From: an uncultured Poribacteria bacterium
GTDB lineage: Bacteria; Poribacteria; WGA-4E; WGA-3G
NCBI GenBank assembly: GCA_951813565.1
Contig: OX638351.1
Span: 672,001-736,000, forward strand
Direction: 5' to 3'
Length of the DNA: 64,000 nt
The notes below the pieces were generated by a model, which saw only the letters and a list, made by a program, of their open reading frames with translations, was not told where the DNA came from and made no database searches. Below, one piece after another: positions 41,334 to 52,281 of this stretch. The stretch's first letter is position 1. Each line of letters opens with the position of its first letter. The position numbers were made by a program, and so were the translations under genes.

Positions 41334-42608
41334 TCAGATTCGCGATAATGCCCGATACCCAATATCTGTTCGCCAATGTGCATTATCAATATGGATCGCA
41401 GAAACACCACGATATGCCTGTTCTATAGCCGATTTTAGGTCGTCTGCCAACGCTGTAACACCTAACACGCGCCCACCATTTGTGACCACATTCTCTCCAT
41501 CCTGTTTTGTTCCCGCGTGAAAAACGTTAACGCCATCAATTAATGAAGCGTCTGCTAAGCCTGTTATGATTTTTCCTGTCTGATACGGGTTTGGGTATCC
41601 GCCAGAAGCCATTACAACACAGGCTGCTGCTTCAGTATGCCATTGGACATCAGCCAGTTGGTCAAGCGTTCCATCAATACACGCCATCATCAAAGGTACA
41701 AGATCGCTTTTGAGACGGGGCAACAGAACTTGCGCTTCAGGGTCACCAAAACGACAGTTGAACTCCAGTACCTTTGGGCCCGCATCTGTAATCATCAGTC
41801 CAACATATAACACGCCTTTGAACGGACATCCGATGTTTGCCATCCCTTTGACAGTCGGATAAACAACGCGTTCCATAACGTAGTCGTGAAGTTCAGGCGT
41901 CATAACAGGTGCGGGAGAATATGCCCCCATTCCACCAGTATTTTTACCGGTATCCCCATCATGCGACATCTTGTGGTCCTGCGAACTAACAAACGTTAAG
42001 CAGTAAGAACCATCAACAAGAACAGTAAACGATGCTTCTTCTCCGATTAACTCTTCTTCAATGACAACACTATTCCCTGCGTCTCCAAATGTCTTATCAA
42101 CTAAAATTGTCTTGACTGCCTGAGTCGCCTCATCAATAGTCCGTCCGGGGATGACACCTTTGCCAGCCGCTAATCCATCTGCTTTGACGAAAACTGAGGT
42201 GTTGTTCGTTTTGATATAGTCAATTGCTTCATCTACATCTACAAAAGTGCGGTATAATGCAGTGGGGATGTCGTTTTCTACCATCAACTGTTTGGCAAAA
42301 TCCTTGCTTCCTTCAAGTTGTGCGGCTCGTTTATCGGGCCCAAACGCTTTCAAGCCGCGTTCACGAAACACATCAACGATACCAGCTGCTAAAGGGTTTT
42401 CAGGACCGACAACCGTTAAGTCAATGTTAGTGGATTCTGCCCAGTCCGCGAGTTCATCAAAATCATTTCCCATTGGGATTGGCTCAGCAATTTGGGCGAT
42501 GCCTGCGTTCCCAGGAGCACAGTAGATTTTTTCAACAAGTGGACTCTGGGCAATCTTCCATACGAGAGTATGTTCGCGACCTCCTTGTCCAATAACCAGA
42601 ATTTTCAA
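41334..42608 (-). CDS. purD: Phosphoribosylamine--glycine ligase
   Basis: GGREH, APGNAG, KADGLAAGKGV, NTGGMGAYSP, EFNCRFGDPE. Confidence 0.98.
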   Translation of the reverse strand: MKILVIGQGGREHTLVWKIAQSPLVEKIYCAPGNAGIAQIAEPIPMGNDFDELADWAESTNIDLTVVGPENPLAAGIVDVFRERGLKAFGPDKRAAQLEGSKDFAKQLMVENDIPTALYRTFVDVDEAIDYIKTNNTSVFVKADGLAAGKGVIPGRTIDEATQAVKTILVDKTFGDAGNSVVIEEELIGEEASFTVLVDGSYCLTFVSSQDHKMSHDGDTGKNTGGMGAYSPAPVMTPELHDYVMERVVYPTVKGMANIGCPFKGVLYVGLMITDAGPKVLEFNCRFGDPEAQVLLPRLKSDLVPLMMACIDGTLDQLADVQWHTEAAACVVMASGGYPNPYQTGKIITGLADASLIDGVNVFHAGTKQDGENVVTNGGRVLGVTALADDLKSAIEQAYRGVSAIHIDNAHWRTDIGYRALSRI

Positions 42609-42861
42609 CGTGGTGTCCTTTTAGTATGTATTTTTCAGTTCTAAAATAGAGATAAAAAGTCCGTTTCACTCTTCTATTCAAATCTATATTTTAACATAGT
42701 TTAGTCAACTATTCAACAAAAAAGTTCGTTAGGAATAGGATTGTTTACGGTGAATTATTAAAATAATTAGACACTTCACATGTCCGAGCGATCTCCGAAT
42801 CGCGACGGAACAGTGGTATTCTGCATGATTCACCGCCTACTGGGTGAAGTGTTTATTTTTT

Positions 42862-43479
42862 CTAATCCACTATAAGAGGTTTTTCAAATATGAATAGGTT
42901 ATTGCATCCGAACCCCCAACGTTCCCACTTTATTAGATTCCACTGATTGAAAATATCTGGAAGGCATTCTGGATTAAAACCGTAATGCTCATGTATTGAG
43001 AATCCTTCAACAATCTTAAGTGTTTTTAGTAGATCAAGTAACTTCTCAACGCGTGGGTGTTGCACTGTGATTATAACCTGTCCACCCGGTTTCAAGTATT
43101 TCCAGCAAGCATCTGCAACCGATGGGAGGGCATTCATCGGGATATGCTCAACGGTTGCCAACATCGTAATGACATCATAGGTTTCATCTTTAACGAAGTC
43201 GTATGGAAAATACCCAGGTACAAGCTGACACGTCCCAAATTTTACGGTTTGTGTGAGATGTGAGTCAATACCTATAGCTGCTTGCAGATGTCCATTGAGG
43301 TAACGTAAAAAGTTACCGTCTCCAGTCCCAACGTCCAAGAGACGTGCGCCTATCGGAATGTACGGTTCGACTTTAGTAAATCGCAGATATTCAAGGAAGG
43401 AATCCAGGGGTTTTCTTGGATACTGATCGCCTTGTTGATACTTCCTGTTTTTGAGAAATCGGGTAATAGAGTTTGCCAT
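42862..43479 (-). CDS. Class I SAM-dependent methyltransferase
   Basis: LLDVGTGDG, YDVITM..VEH, LKPGG; abuts the stop of the upstream gene. Confidence 0.88.
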   Translation of the reverse strand: MANSITRFLKNRKYQQGDQYPRKPLDSFLEYLRFTKVEPYIPIGARLLDVGTGDGNFLRYLNGHLQAAIGIDSHLTQTVKFGTCQLVPGYFPYDFVKDETYDVITMLATVEHIPMNALPSVADACWKYLKPGGQVIITVQHPRVEKLLDLLKTLKIVEGFSIHEHYGFNPECLPDIFNQWNLIKWERWGFGCNNLFIFEKPLIVD

Positions 43480-45338
43480 CTATTCTTTGGCTTGTTCGCT
43501 TGGCTCTATAGCAAGATATTTGTCATCGGTTTCTATATCAGAAGGATAATGAATTTCCCAAATTTTGAGAGGGACGGTATCTTCACCATTTGTAGGATAT
43601 ATTGGGACAAAGATGTCGGAGAAGTCCCCGAGGAAGTAAAGACGAACAGCAAGACTTTGCCAACCGAGATTAGAAATATGGTAGGCTTTTTCAAGATCAT
43701 CCTTTTCATCGTAATAAAGGATAACATTTCCGTGTGGATTGTCGTCAATTGAGGTTTTGTGGATATGGCGTTTGTTGCCCTTGAATGCTACATACGGGAG
43801 GCGTGCTATTCCACCTTCTTTCAGACGTGCCGTTATGAAATCAGGCGGTGATGCTATATCAGGTTCTTCAATGTACAGAAAAGGCGTTTTTTCTATTTTT
43901 GAGAGACGTTTGTATCCAAGTTGAACAAGGCGGGTGAGTCCGAATCTTCTATCAATGTTTTCGTCGCTGCCGATATAAGAATAGGTAGAGGCACGGTCAA
44001 TCAGTCCCCACTCTCTTAACATGAGATGTGTTGCACCGTGCGTTTTGAGAAATTCAAGTGCCTCTCGTACGTCTTGTGCGCAATAGACGTGGCGGTAATA
44101 GAGGTGTATCCAGTGTGGGAGAAACGTGTCCTGATCGGTGATGGTTTTGACACCGCCAAAAACGTTAAGTCGACTGCCATAACTCCAGTTCGCTGCCATG
44201 ACAGTATCTTGTGAAAGTTCGGTATCTATCCAATTGAGTGCTTGCGCGATATCTCCTGTTCCAGGGAGCGGTTTGCGCCAGTAAGCGGCAGCAGGAACTG
44301 TCCTATTTGCATGCCCACCGAGGGGAGTCCAAAAAAGAACGGGTATCAAAACGGCAATTGCAATTGTAGCGGGTATCCACTGCGGTTTTTTGAATTGTTG
44401 TGTGAGTGTCGCTGGCAACTGCCATAAGAGCCATGCAGTGCCGTAGGCAAGCGGGACACCTATGAAGAAATCATAACGTTTTGCACCACGTGAGAGTGCC
44501 ACCCACAACACAAACCACACAAGCATTATAACTGTTACCAATTCGTTTTTAGTTGTTTCTTTTCGCAAACATGCAATTGCGAGAGTGATGGCCATGAGTC
44601 CCAGTGAAATGAGAAAGAGTGTTTCGCAGCTGCCCTCCCCAATTGCCTCACTTAGAGGCCATCGGAAAAACGTCGTTGCGGTGAAGAGCGTGAGGGCTGT
44701 GGCAAGCGGGATTCCGTTCTGTTTCCAGATATACAAACTCCCAAGTATCAAGCCGAGACTACCCAACATAAATACGGTGCCGTACCGGGCTGGCCAATAT
44801 CCAAAGTTCGGATCAACGAGTTCTGTCATGTCTTTCATGAGTCGGTTTTCTTTAAATATGAACGCGGTATTCTCAAATGTCCCGGATTGCAGCAGAATAT
44901 AACCGATTCCGATTGCAATGCCGAACAGAGTGAGTCCTCCTGCAAGTTTCCGGGCATGCGGACGTAGCGGTGGGTAATATTTCAAAAGCAGGTATCTCAA
45001 TCCACGCATGATGAAAACTGCAATCGGTGGGACAAGCGTAAGTGCTGCCAGATGCGTTGCATAAGTATATCCGCTCCGATAAGCAGGACTGATAAGGTAA
45101 AGTCCCGGAACGAACATGAGTATCCACATTAGATACTCTTTTAGGTGAGATTCTGTCTCTGTAGTGCAGAATTTCCAGAGTTCTGCACAGAGGATAATTA
45201 AAACAAAAAGCCCGAAACTTTCCCATGAGAGTCCACCTAAAAAAACGACAAACCCAGCAAGCGCGGTGGCGAAATATCTGTACCAATTACGAATCCCTTT
45301 ACCTTCTTTTTCAGCAACCCCCGTTCCCCCCTTGACAA

Positions 45339-47017
45339 CTTACTATTACCCATAAGTCGAAATTCTTACTATTGATCATAAATTCGACATAAAGTGCAGA
45401 CATCTATTTTCTTGATTTACATTCACCTGTGCTGTCAAGATAAGTGTATTTTCGCTTGGGTCATTGGGTCATAATATACTTGCATATCAAGGACATTTGT
45501 GTTATGTTCAATAGATATTATTACCAACACAAGTAACACTTATGGATCTGATACATTGGAGTGAATAATGATGTCTACAAACAAGAAAGAGTTATCTACA
45601 TCTTGGAGTATTGAAGAGTTTACGGGTCTTGATTTGGGAGATGCCCGTCTAAATAAAAGGTTGCTCAGCGTTGCAGATGCGTTGGCGGCACATCCTACCG
45701 CAACCATCAACGCTGCGTGTGGCGATTGGGCATCGGTGAAGGGTGCCTATCGTTTATTTGATAATGAAAAGGTTTCTTCAGAGAAGATATTGGCACCTCA
45801 CTTTAGACAGACGATTGCGCGGATGTGTGCGTATCAGCGTGTGTTTGCTATACAAGATACAACCTATCTGGATTACACCGATCACCCGTCAACAGAAGGT
45901 TTAGGTCCGATTGGTGCCTCGTCTCATCACCATTATGGTTTTGTCAAACACACGACACTCATCGTGAGTGGGTCGGGGCTCCCGCTTGGGTGTTTGACAG
46001 ATAAAGTGTGGGTTCGGGATGCGCCGACACAAGAAAAAAAACGGAAATCCAGACCGCTGGTAGAAAAAGAGAGCTACAAGTGGATTGAAGCAGTGTCGGC
46101 AATAAAATCCGAAGCCCCAGAAGGTGTTGAGGTGATTTGCATTTGTGATCGTGAAGCTGATATTTATGAGTTTTTCGTTGAAGCACAAGAGATGCCTTTT
46201 GTAATGCGTGCTGCGCAAGATCGTGTGGTTGATAATGATGTTGGTAGATTGCGTGCTTTAGCAGAAAGTCTACCGGTTGCTGGTGAGTTTAGCATACAAG
46301 TTGCAGCGCGTGGTGCCCAACCTGCCCGAGAAGCAACTCTGAGCGTTAGTTTCACAAAAACGACGCTTCTCCCACCGCATCGTTCGCAAGCATCACGCTC
46401 CCAAGAGCTGCCTGCTGTGGAAATATATCTCGTATGGGTGATAGAGACGAACCCACCCGATGGCACAACACCTGTGGAATGGCTGCTCCTTACAAATGTG
46501 AAAGTCACAGATTTCTCAGATGCGATTGAACGGGTAGACTGGTATACGCAACGCTGGCACATTGAAGTCTATTTCAAAATCCTCAAATCAGGAACGAAAG
46601 TTGAGGAAGTCCGCTTCCAAACCCAAGAGAGACTCCTACGCTTTATTGCCCTGCTGAGCGTGATTGCTTGGCGTCTTTATTGGTTGACAATCATCAATCG
46701 GCAGGCACCGGATACGGACTGCACACATATATTGACTGAAGTTGAGTGGAAAGCACTTTACTGTATAACACATAAGACGCACATTTTACCGAAAAAACTG
46801 CCAACTGTGTCTGAAGTCGTTGTTTGGATCGCCAAACTGGGTGGCTTTTTAGGACGAAAGTCCGATGGTAAACCTGGAGTGACCGTTATTTGGCGAGGAT
46901 GGCAAAGGCTTAGTGATATTTCTGACACCTTTGCTCTTTTTCACCAATACACACAAAACAATATCGGTCAGAACCTTATTGATGGACATGTTCCATAAAC
47001 TTATGGGTAATAGTAAG
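45339..47017 (+). mobile_element. Complete IS4-family (IS50/Tn5-like) insertion sequence, 1679 bp
   Basis: Perfect 19-bp TIR CTTACTATTACCCATAAGT; 9-bp TSD CCTTGACAA at 45330-45338 and 47018-47026. Confidence 0.96.
45568..46998 (+). CDS. IS4 family transposase
   Basis: LGDARL..R, IQDTT, DREADIYE, Y..RW.IE.YFKILKSG, LGGFL.RK.DG.PG. Confidence 0.96.
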   Translation: MMSTNKKELSTSWSIEEFTGLDLGDARLNKRLLSVADALAAHPTATINAACGDWASVKGAYRLFDNEKVSSEKILAPHFRQTIARMCAYQRVFAIQDTTYLDYTDHPSTEGLGPIGASSHHHYGFVKHTTLIVSGSGLPLGCLTDKVWVRDAPTQEKKRKSRPLVEKESYKWIEAVSAIKSEAPEGVEVICICDREADIYEFFVEAQEMPFVMRAAQDRVVDNDVGRLRALAESLPVAGEFSIQVAARGAQPAREATLSVSFTKTTLLPPHRSQASRSQELPAVEIYLVWVIETNPPDGTTPVEWLLLTNVKVTDFSDAIERVDWYTQRWHIEVYFKILKSGTKVEEVRFQTQERLLRFIALLSVIAWRLYWLTIINRQAPDTDCTHILTEVEWKALYCITHKTHILPKKLPTVSEVVVWIAKLGGFLGRKSDGKPGVTVIWRGWQRLSDISDTFALFHQYTQNNIGQNLIDGHVP

Positions 47018-47704
47018 CCTTGACAAGGGGGTTTAATAGTATCTGTTCTTTCCACAGATAAACGGCAACAGCAAGTACGCCAAGCATCCAGCACCATGCA
47101 TCGCGATCGCCAAAGCCTGCGGCACTACGTTCGACACTTCCTGGTAACGTTGCCAATAGCACGCTAACAATAGACGCAAACAGCAGACCATGACTACGCA
47201 CAAGGACAAGAAATAGTACACCAAGCCCTAAGGTAAAACAGATAGCGGTAATGTAGAGTTGAATGTGGTATCGCGTGAGTGCAGGAAAGAGCCACGCCAT
47301 CGCTTTATGCGTATAAGCGATGGCATAGGAATAAAGTGGTAGCAGTTGACCGTTGTCTCTGCCGAGCGGAAGCCAACGGTGCGTATCGCGTGACGGAAGG
47401 GTGCCGTTTTCTGCAATTTTCTCCGCCATCCACTGATAGAGGAAAGCATCGTTTTCTGTAAAGTGTCCAGCAGGGAGATGCTCTACACCTTGGATACGTA
47501 TCCCAAAAGTGAGAAACATGAGGTATAAAAGTAAGGCACAGACAAGAATTTTCTGAAGATAAGGAGGTAATTGCATCCTAATTTCAATTTTCAGGGATGG
47601 GTTCTGTAAGCTAATTCAATAGCACACTTATAGCAGGGCAAGGTTTCTGACTGTAGAAGTGATCCAACGTTTTGGCAACTACATGTCTTGTGAATCCTTC
47701 ATAC

Positions 47705-47968
47705 CTATTTCGTCTCGTGTTCGGTTGTGGTTAAGACTTTCTTCAATATTGGATTGCTTTCAAACAAATCTTTATTTGCTTTTATTATACGTTCCAGCCG
47801 ATCTGCACAGCATTTGCAGTTTTTCTTCTTTGCAGTAGGTATTGTGATAGCATGTGTTTGCTTTGACGTGTGCATCGGAAGCGTATTCGTTGCGTATCCA
47901 ATAAAACAAACGAGAATACCAACGATGGCAAGGATGCCAACGCTATATACGAAAAAGTTGTCTTTCAT
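47705..47968 (-). CDS. Small membrane-anchored protein with CKCC motif
   Basis: N-terminal TM then KKKNCKCC; operon spacing; start at MKDNFF (or 47992). Confidence 0.6.
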   Translation of the reverse strand: MKDNFFVYSVGILAIVGILVCFIGYATNTLPMHTSKQTHAITIPTAKKKNCKCCADRLERIIKANKDLFESNPILKKVLTTTEHETK

Positions 47969-47988
47969 AAAAGTGACTCTCCATTTTC

Positions 47989-48717
47989 TCAAAACTTCGG
48001 TACAAATCCATGGTCACGAAGCATCTCTAAATGCCTTTTCGCGCCTGCTTCTGAAGCAAAGTTCTGTATCTGTTGTTTAAAAAGTTCAAGGACTTCATCT
48101 ATTGTTTCCTCTGAATATCCTTTTGATTGCCCATTTACCCTTAATGATTCAAAAAAATTAGGTGGCATTTCTTCAAGTACTTTACCACTTCGGATATTTT
48201 CAAAATATGCTTGCTGTTCTTCAGCAGAAAGAGAGTTTAAATGATTTGCAATTTCTTTATTTCGTATTTCTGACTGCTTCTTGACTTCATCTATCCCAGC
48301 TTTAATTTCATTTAACTTGTTATCGATAGTCTCCAAATACTTTCTTTTCTTATCCATTTCCTCGGCACTTAAGTCTTTATGATTATGACCATTAGAATCA
48401 TCCGGATGATGTGTGTGCTGATTTAATACTTCTGACACAGAGTCTGGTAATGTGTTTACTGACCCCTCACTTTCTACAAGTGTATCAGTAGTGTCATCAT
48501 CATCTTCTTCTTGAGATATTTTCTGCCCTTGAGATGTTTCTACAGACGCTGCGTCTGACGTGTTTTCCATTGTTGTTTGGGATTCGGTGTTGTAACGCAT
48601 AACCGGTTCCGCTATGAGTTTAGGACGTACAATGGCGGAATACCATATTGCCCATCCTAATATTCCTATAACACACGAGATGCCTGAAGCAAGAAAGATT
48701 TTTTTCCAAGTGAACAT
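47989..48717 (-). CDS. Membrane-anchored hypothetical protein (acidic/His-rich linker, coiled coil)
   Basis: N-terminal TM and HTHHPDDSNGHNH; GAGGTG RBS before MFTWKK. Confidence 0.7.
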   Translation of the reverse strand: MFTWKKIFLASGISCVIGILGWAIWYSAIVRPKLIAEPVMRYNTESQTTMENTSDAASVETSQGQKISQEEDDDDTTDTLVESEGSVNTLPDSVSEVLNQHTHHPDDSNGHNHKDLSAEEMDKKRKYLETIDNKLNEIKAGIDEVKKQSEIRNKEIANHLNSLSAEEQQAYFENIRSGKVLEEMPPNFFESLRVNGQSKGYSEETIDEVLELFKQQIQNFASEAGAKRHLEMLRDHGFVPKF

Positions 48718-48814
48718 ATTTATCACCTCTTTGGTTTTGAGACAAACACCGCATTTCCAGCAAAAAATCGGTATTTGTCTCATGAAGTTAACGTTTCACA
48801 GAATGAGTAAACAA

Positions 48815-49162
48815 TTAAGAGTCGCAGCCTCCAGTATCACAACCTCCGCCATTGTGTTCTGCTTCGCAAGCATCAATGGCGGCTCTAAGCTCCCTACCAC
48901 GTTCCCAAAGGTAATTTACGACATCATTAGCAGCATCAATCATCCATTGTGGGGCTCCTATATCTATCAGGTAATCCCTTGCGTCTATCGCCCATGATAA
49001 TGCTTTCATAACTAGATTTAATAACACTTCAAGCCAACCACAATGCCACGCCAACGCTGGCATAACAGTTAGAAACATCATAGCACAAATGAGAATTAAA
49101 CTCGTCACAACTAAGAATATAGAGTTGTTTCTCGGCAATGTAATTGTATTCGTCATTTTCAT
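48815..49162 (-). CDS. Small secreted helical peptide with C-terminal GGGCDTGGCDS
   Basis: Signal peptide ending ALA; 4 Cys in the mature part; AAGGA RBS before MKMTN. Confidence 0.7.
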   Translation of the reverse strand: MKMTNTITLPRNNSIFLVVTSLILICAMMFLTVMPALAWHCGWLEVLLNLVMKALSWAIDARDYLIDIGAPQWMIDAANDVVNYLWERGRELRAAIDACEAEHNGGGCDTGGCDS

Positions 49163-49320
49163 TTTCTTCCTTTCCAACTTCTGTCCAAGAAGTTAGTGTT
49201 AGTAGAAGGAGAAAATGCAATTTGTAAACGCTATCCGAATCGTGCTTCCATTTTACACTTATCGCGAACAGTGTTTTGTAAATTGTACCATTTCTCCCAC
49301 AATTTATCAAATAAAATAAA

Positions 49321-50080
49321 TCAATTATTCTCCCGCTTAACCTTTGTAGTGGCGTTTTGCGTTACGGTTTTCTTCCACCGCTTTATCACCCGTTTCACGC
49401 ACACTTCAATGTCAGTCGGGGGAGATACCTAATTTTTCGCTAATCTCTTTGAGAGGTTGATTGTCTAAATACCGTTCCATAATCTTCTGTTCTTGAGATG
49501 GAAGATTATCAAGCAGTTCGTCTAATTGGTGCGCAATCGGGCGTAACCACTTGAGTATCCGTTCCCACCTTTTCTGAACAACCTCGGGAGTGGAACCTAT
49601 TGCTTCGGCAATTTGCTTCGGCTTTAGGTCATCTAAGAAGTGTTCAACAACCTCAAGATCCTTTTCTGATAGAAGCCGCAGGAGACAAGTCAATAGATAA
49701 AGATCCATCTCAGTCTGCTGCGTCTGTTGTGCTGCAAGCATTGATGCATCTGCAGCTTCTCTTTCACCATCCATATTATCAAGAGAGACGAATTCAGACA
49801 TCTGCTTAACTTCTCGTTGTCTGTCTCTTAATCGGTCAATCGCCGCATTTTTCGCGGTGGCATATAACCATCCGACGAGTTTATCTGGATACTTGATCGT
49901 TTCTCTCTTGTTGAAGGCTTTGCAGAAGGTTTCACTCGTGATTTCATCTGCATCGTGATGATTTCCTATGATCTTGGTAACGGAAGCACGGATTGGTTCA
50001 TAATACTTCCGCATAAGCAGACTTAGTGCTTCATCGCTACCTGTTTCCACAAATTGCCGATTTAGGACGTTATCATTCAT
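49321..50080 (-). pseudogene. ECF sigma factor with duplicated region-4 HTH; frameshifted near the C-terminus
   Basis: DADEITSETF, WLY..AKN..ID..R, IAEAIG; the ORF stops at 49412, but deleting one base of the G5 run (49418-49422) gives LGISPTDIEVCVKRVIKRW to a stop at 49321. Confidence 0.7.
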
Positions 50081-50830
50081 CTCCTCCCCCAGTGACTATA
50101 ATCACTACCTTCATAAATAGTCACGTAAATTTGGGGACAATTCCGACATAAAATCGTATATTTTAGAAAATTTTGATTTATGCGTCCGTATATATAGTGA
50201 CCTTTAGAATTAACAGGACATTTTGAGTTGTAGGAGGGAACTCTGATTCCCGACTATCAATGCGTTTTGTCGCGATTCGGAGATCGCTCCCGCCAAATGC
50301 CAAAAGCGCATTTGGCGTTGATTCACAGAAAATGTGCCTCTTTAATTTCAAAGTTCACCATACAACTAATTTAATCTTAATACATGTCTATCGGTACTGA
50401 AATTTCCGTAGTCGATTTGATAACAAAGCAAATAAACTAAAATACGGTCAGAGTTGAAACTTCTTATGAAACAAGACTTATGTAAAACGTCCAGCATGGA
50501 TTCACTAAAACAGTGGTATATAATACCCTTTATAATTTAAGACACAGTATTATGCCGGAAAGGGTGCATAGCATAAAAAATATTGGGTCTCATCTAAAAA
50601 TAGATTTGCGTTAGTCCAATATAAAGATAATTTTAGTGTGTAGGGTTCATGTTGGGTTTCGTTCCTCAACCCAACCTACAATATAACCTTTTAGGAACAC
50701 GCATCAATTGGTAATTCTTAAAACTAATATCCCTGGCAAATACTACTTGTCTATTGTCAATTTTCAATCTATTGTGATACAATAATTGGAAATAGAGAAA
50801 TCTACTTCATTTGGATTATTGGAGGACTAT

Positions 50831-51958
50831 ATGAAAATTGATAAGATTGAGTCGTTTTTCATTGGAAACGGTTATGTAATCAGGATTCGGACCGATACGG
50901 GACTGAGTGGCATCGGACAGACAGCGTGTTGGGGCTATCCTGAGGCAGTTGAGAAAATTGTGAATACCTTTGAGAAATATCTCATTGGACAGAATCCGTT
51001 ACGTATTGAACATCATTGGCAATATCTCTACCGGATGGGGCCGTTCAAAGGAACTGCGTTAAGTGGGGCTATTAGTGCGGTTGACATTGCATTGTGGGAC
51101 ATTAAAGGCAAACACCTCGGCGTACCAATATGGGAACTGTTAGGAGGAAATTGTCGGGATAAAATTCGATTGCATCTTCTTGGCGGTGGTGGCACACCTG
51201 AAACAATGTTTGAAGCAGCAAAAGCTGCTGTAGCGGAAGGTTTTACCGCACTTAAGTTTGATCCGTTGGTCGGTAATTACCAGGATATGGCGTTAGACAG
51301 GCTTGTCAAGACAGCACGAGACCTTGTTGCTGCAGCAAGAGAAGGCGGCGGTCCTGACCTTGATTTAATCGTAGAGGTGCATCGAAAACTAACACCGATG
51401 AATAGTATCGTATTAGAGTCGGCACTGGCACCGTTTAACCTCTATTTCATTGAAGACCCGATTCAGATAGATACGATAACAACGCAAGCAGAATTAGCAA
51501 AACGGATGACAACGCCTCTCGCTATAGGTGAACGCAATGTAAGCATTTGGGAGTTCCGTGAGATCTTGGAGGCAGGAGGACCGCAATATGTGCGTCCGGA
51601 TGTCGGTTTGGCAGGAGGACTAACACACTGTAAAAAGATCGCTGCGATAGCAGAGGCATATCATAGTGCTGTTGTTACGCATAACTTTCTTGGTCCTTTG
51701 ATTACCGCTGCTTCGCTGCATTTAGATGCAAGCATTCCGAACTTTGTCACACAAGAATATACCAAAGGGGATGAATCTGATCGTTTTGCGGTTTATAAAG
51801 TTGCATATCAGCGAGAAGGCGGCTACATTCCGATTCCTGATGTGCCAGGTTTAGGTGTTGAACTTGACGATAGTTTAATTGAAGCGACTCCATTTCAACC
51901 GATGAATACCGGCTCTACACTTTTACGTGAAGATGGTTCGGTTGCTTACGCCGTGTAA
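50831..51958 (+). CDS. Mandelate racemase / galactonate dehydratase-like enolase-superfamily enzyme
   Basis: SAVDIALWDIKGK, FIEDP, GER, GGLT..KKIAA.AEA; GGAGG RBS before MKIDK. Confidence 0.9.
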   Translation: MKIDKIESFFIGNGYVIRIRTDTGLSGIGQTACWGYPEAVEKIVNTFEKYLIGQNPLRIEHHWQYLYRMGPFKGTALSGAISAVDIALWDIKGKHLGVPIWELLGGNCRDKIRLHLLGGGGTPETMFEAAKAAVAEGFTALKFDPLVGNYQDMALDRLVKTARDLVAAAREGGGPDLDLIVEVHRKLTPMNSIVLESALAPFNLYFIEDPIQIDTITTQAELAKRMTTPLAIGERNVSIWEFREILEAGGPQYVRPDVGLAGGLTHCKKIAAIAEAYHSAVVTHNFLGPLITAASLHLDASIPNFVTQEYTKGDESDRFAVYKVAYQREGGYIPIPDVPGLGVELDDSLIEATPFQPMNTGSTLLREDGSVAYAV

Positions 51959-52281
51959 GCTCCGTAAGTCTATTTGATTTCAACTTTTTAGATTTTTGGA
52001 AGAAAGTAGCGAGCTGGAGGTCGCTCCTACAGTAAGTGTTTGGAATTACTTGAACACTCTGCGCCAGCGAGGTTAGGAAACCTCCAAATCAAGAAATCAA
52101 CGCTACAAATGCCATTTAGGCATTTGGCGGGTATGAATGCCATTTAGGCATTCCCCGCCTACCGGTGTGAATGTAAGAGGCGCAATGAATTGCGCGACTA
52201 CAAACGCACATAAGGATTTGGGGAGTCGCGAGCTGGAGCTCGCTTCTACAGTAAGAGTTTGGAACTTGCGAGGAGATAAAG

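Larger units (their letters stand above)
43480..47576 (-). pseudogene. STT3/AglB/PglB-like (GT-C) oligosaccharyltransferase homolog interrupted by an IS4 element
   Basis: ENDAFLY, RSAAGFGDRD, KRY, NWSYG..(WWDYG position)..TDQD; removing the IS and one TSD restores one 802-aa frame (...NPLVK|GGTGVAEK...EYLMWILMF). Confidence 0.8.

Noticed and set aside
47001..47576. Independent 191-aa membrane protein
   Set aside because: It is the 5' part of the IS-split STT3-like gene; its last residues come from the IS end
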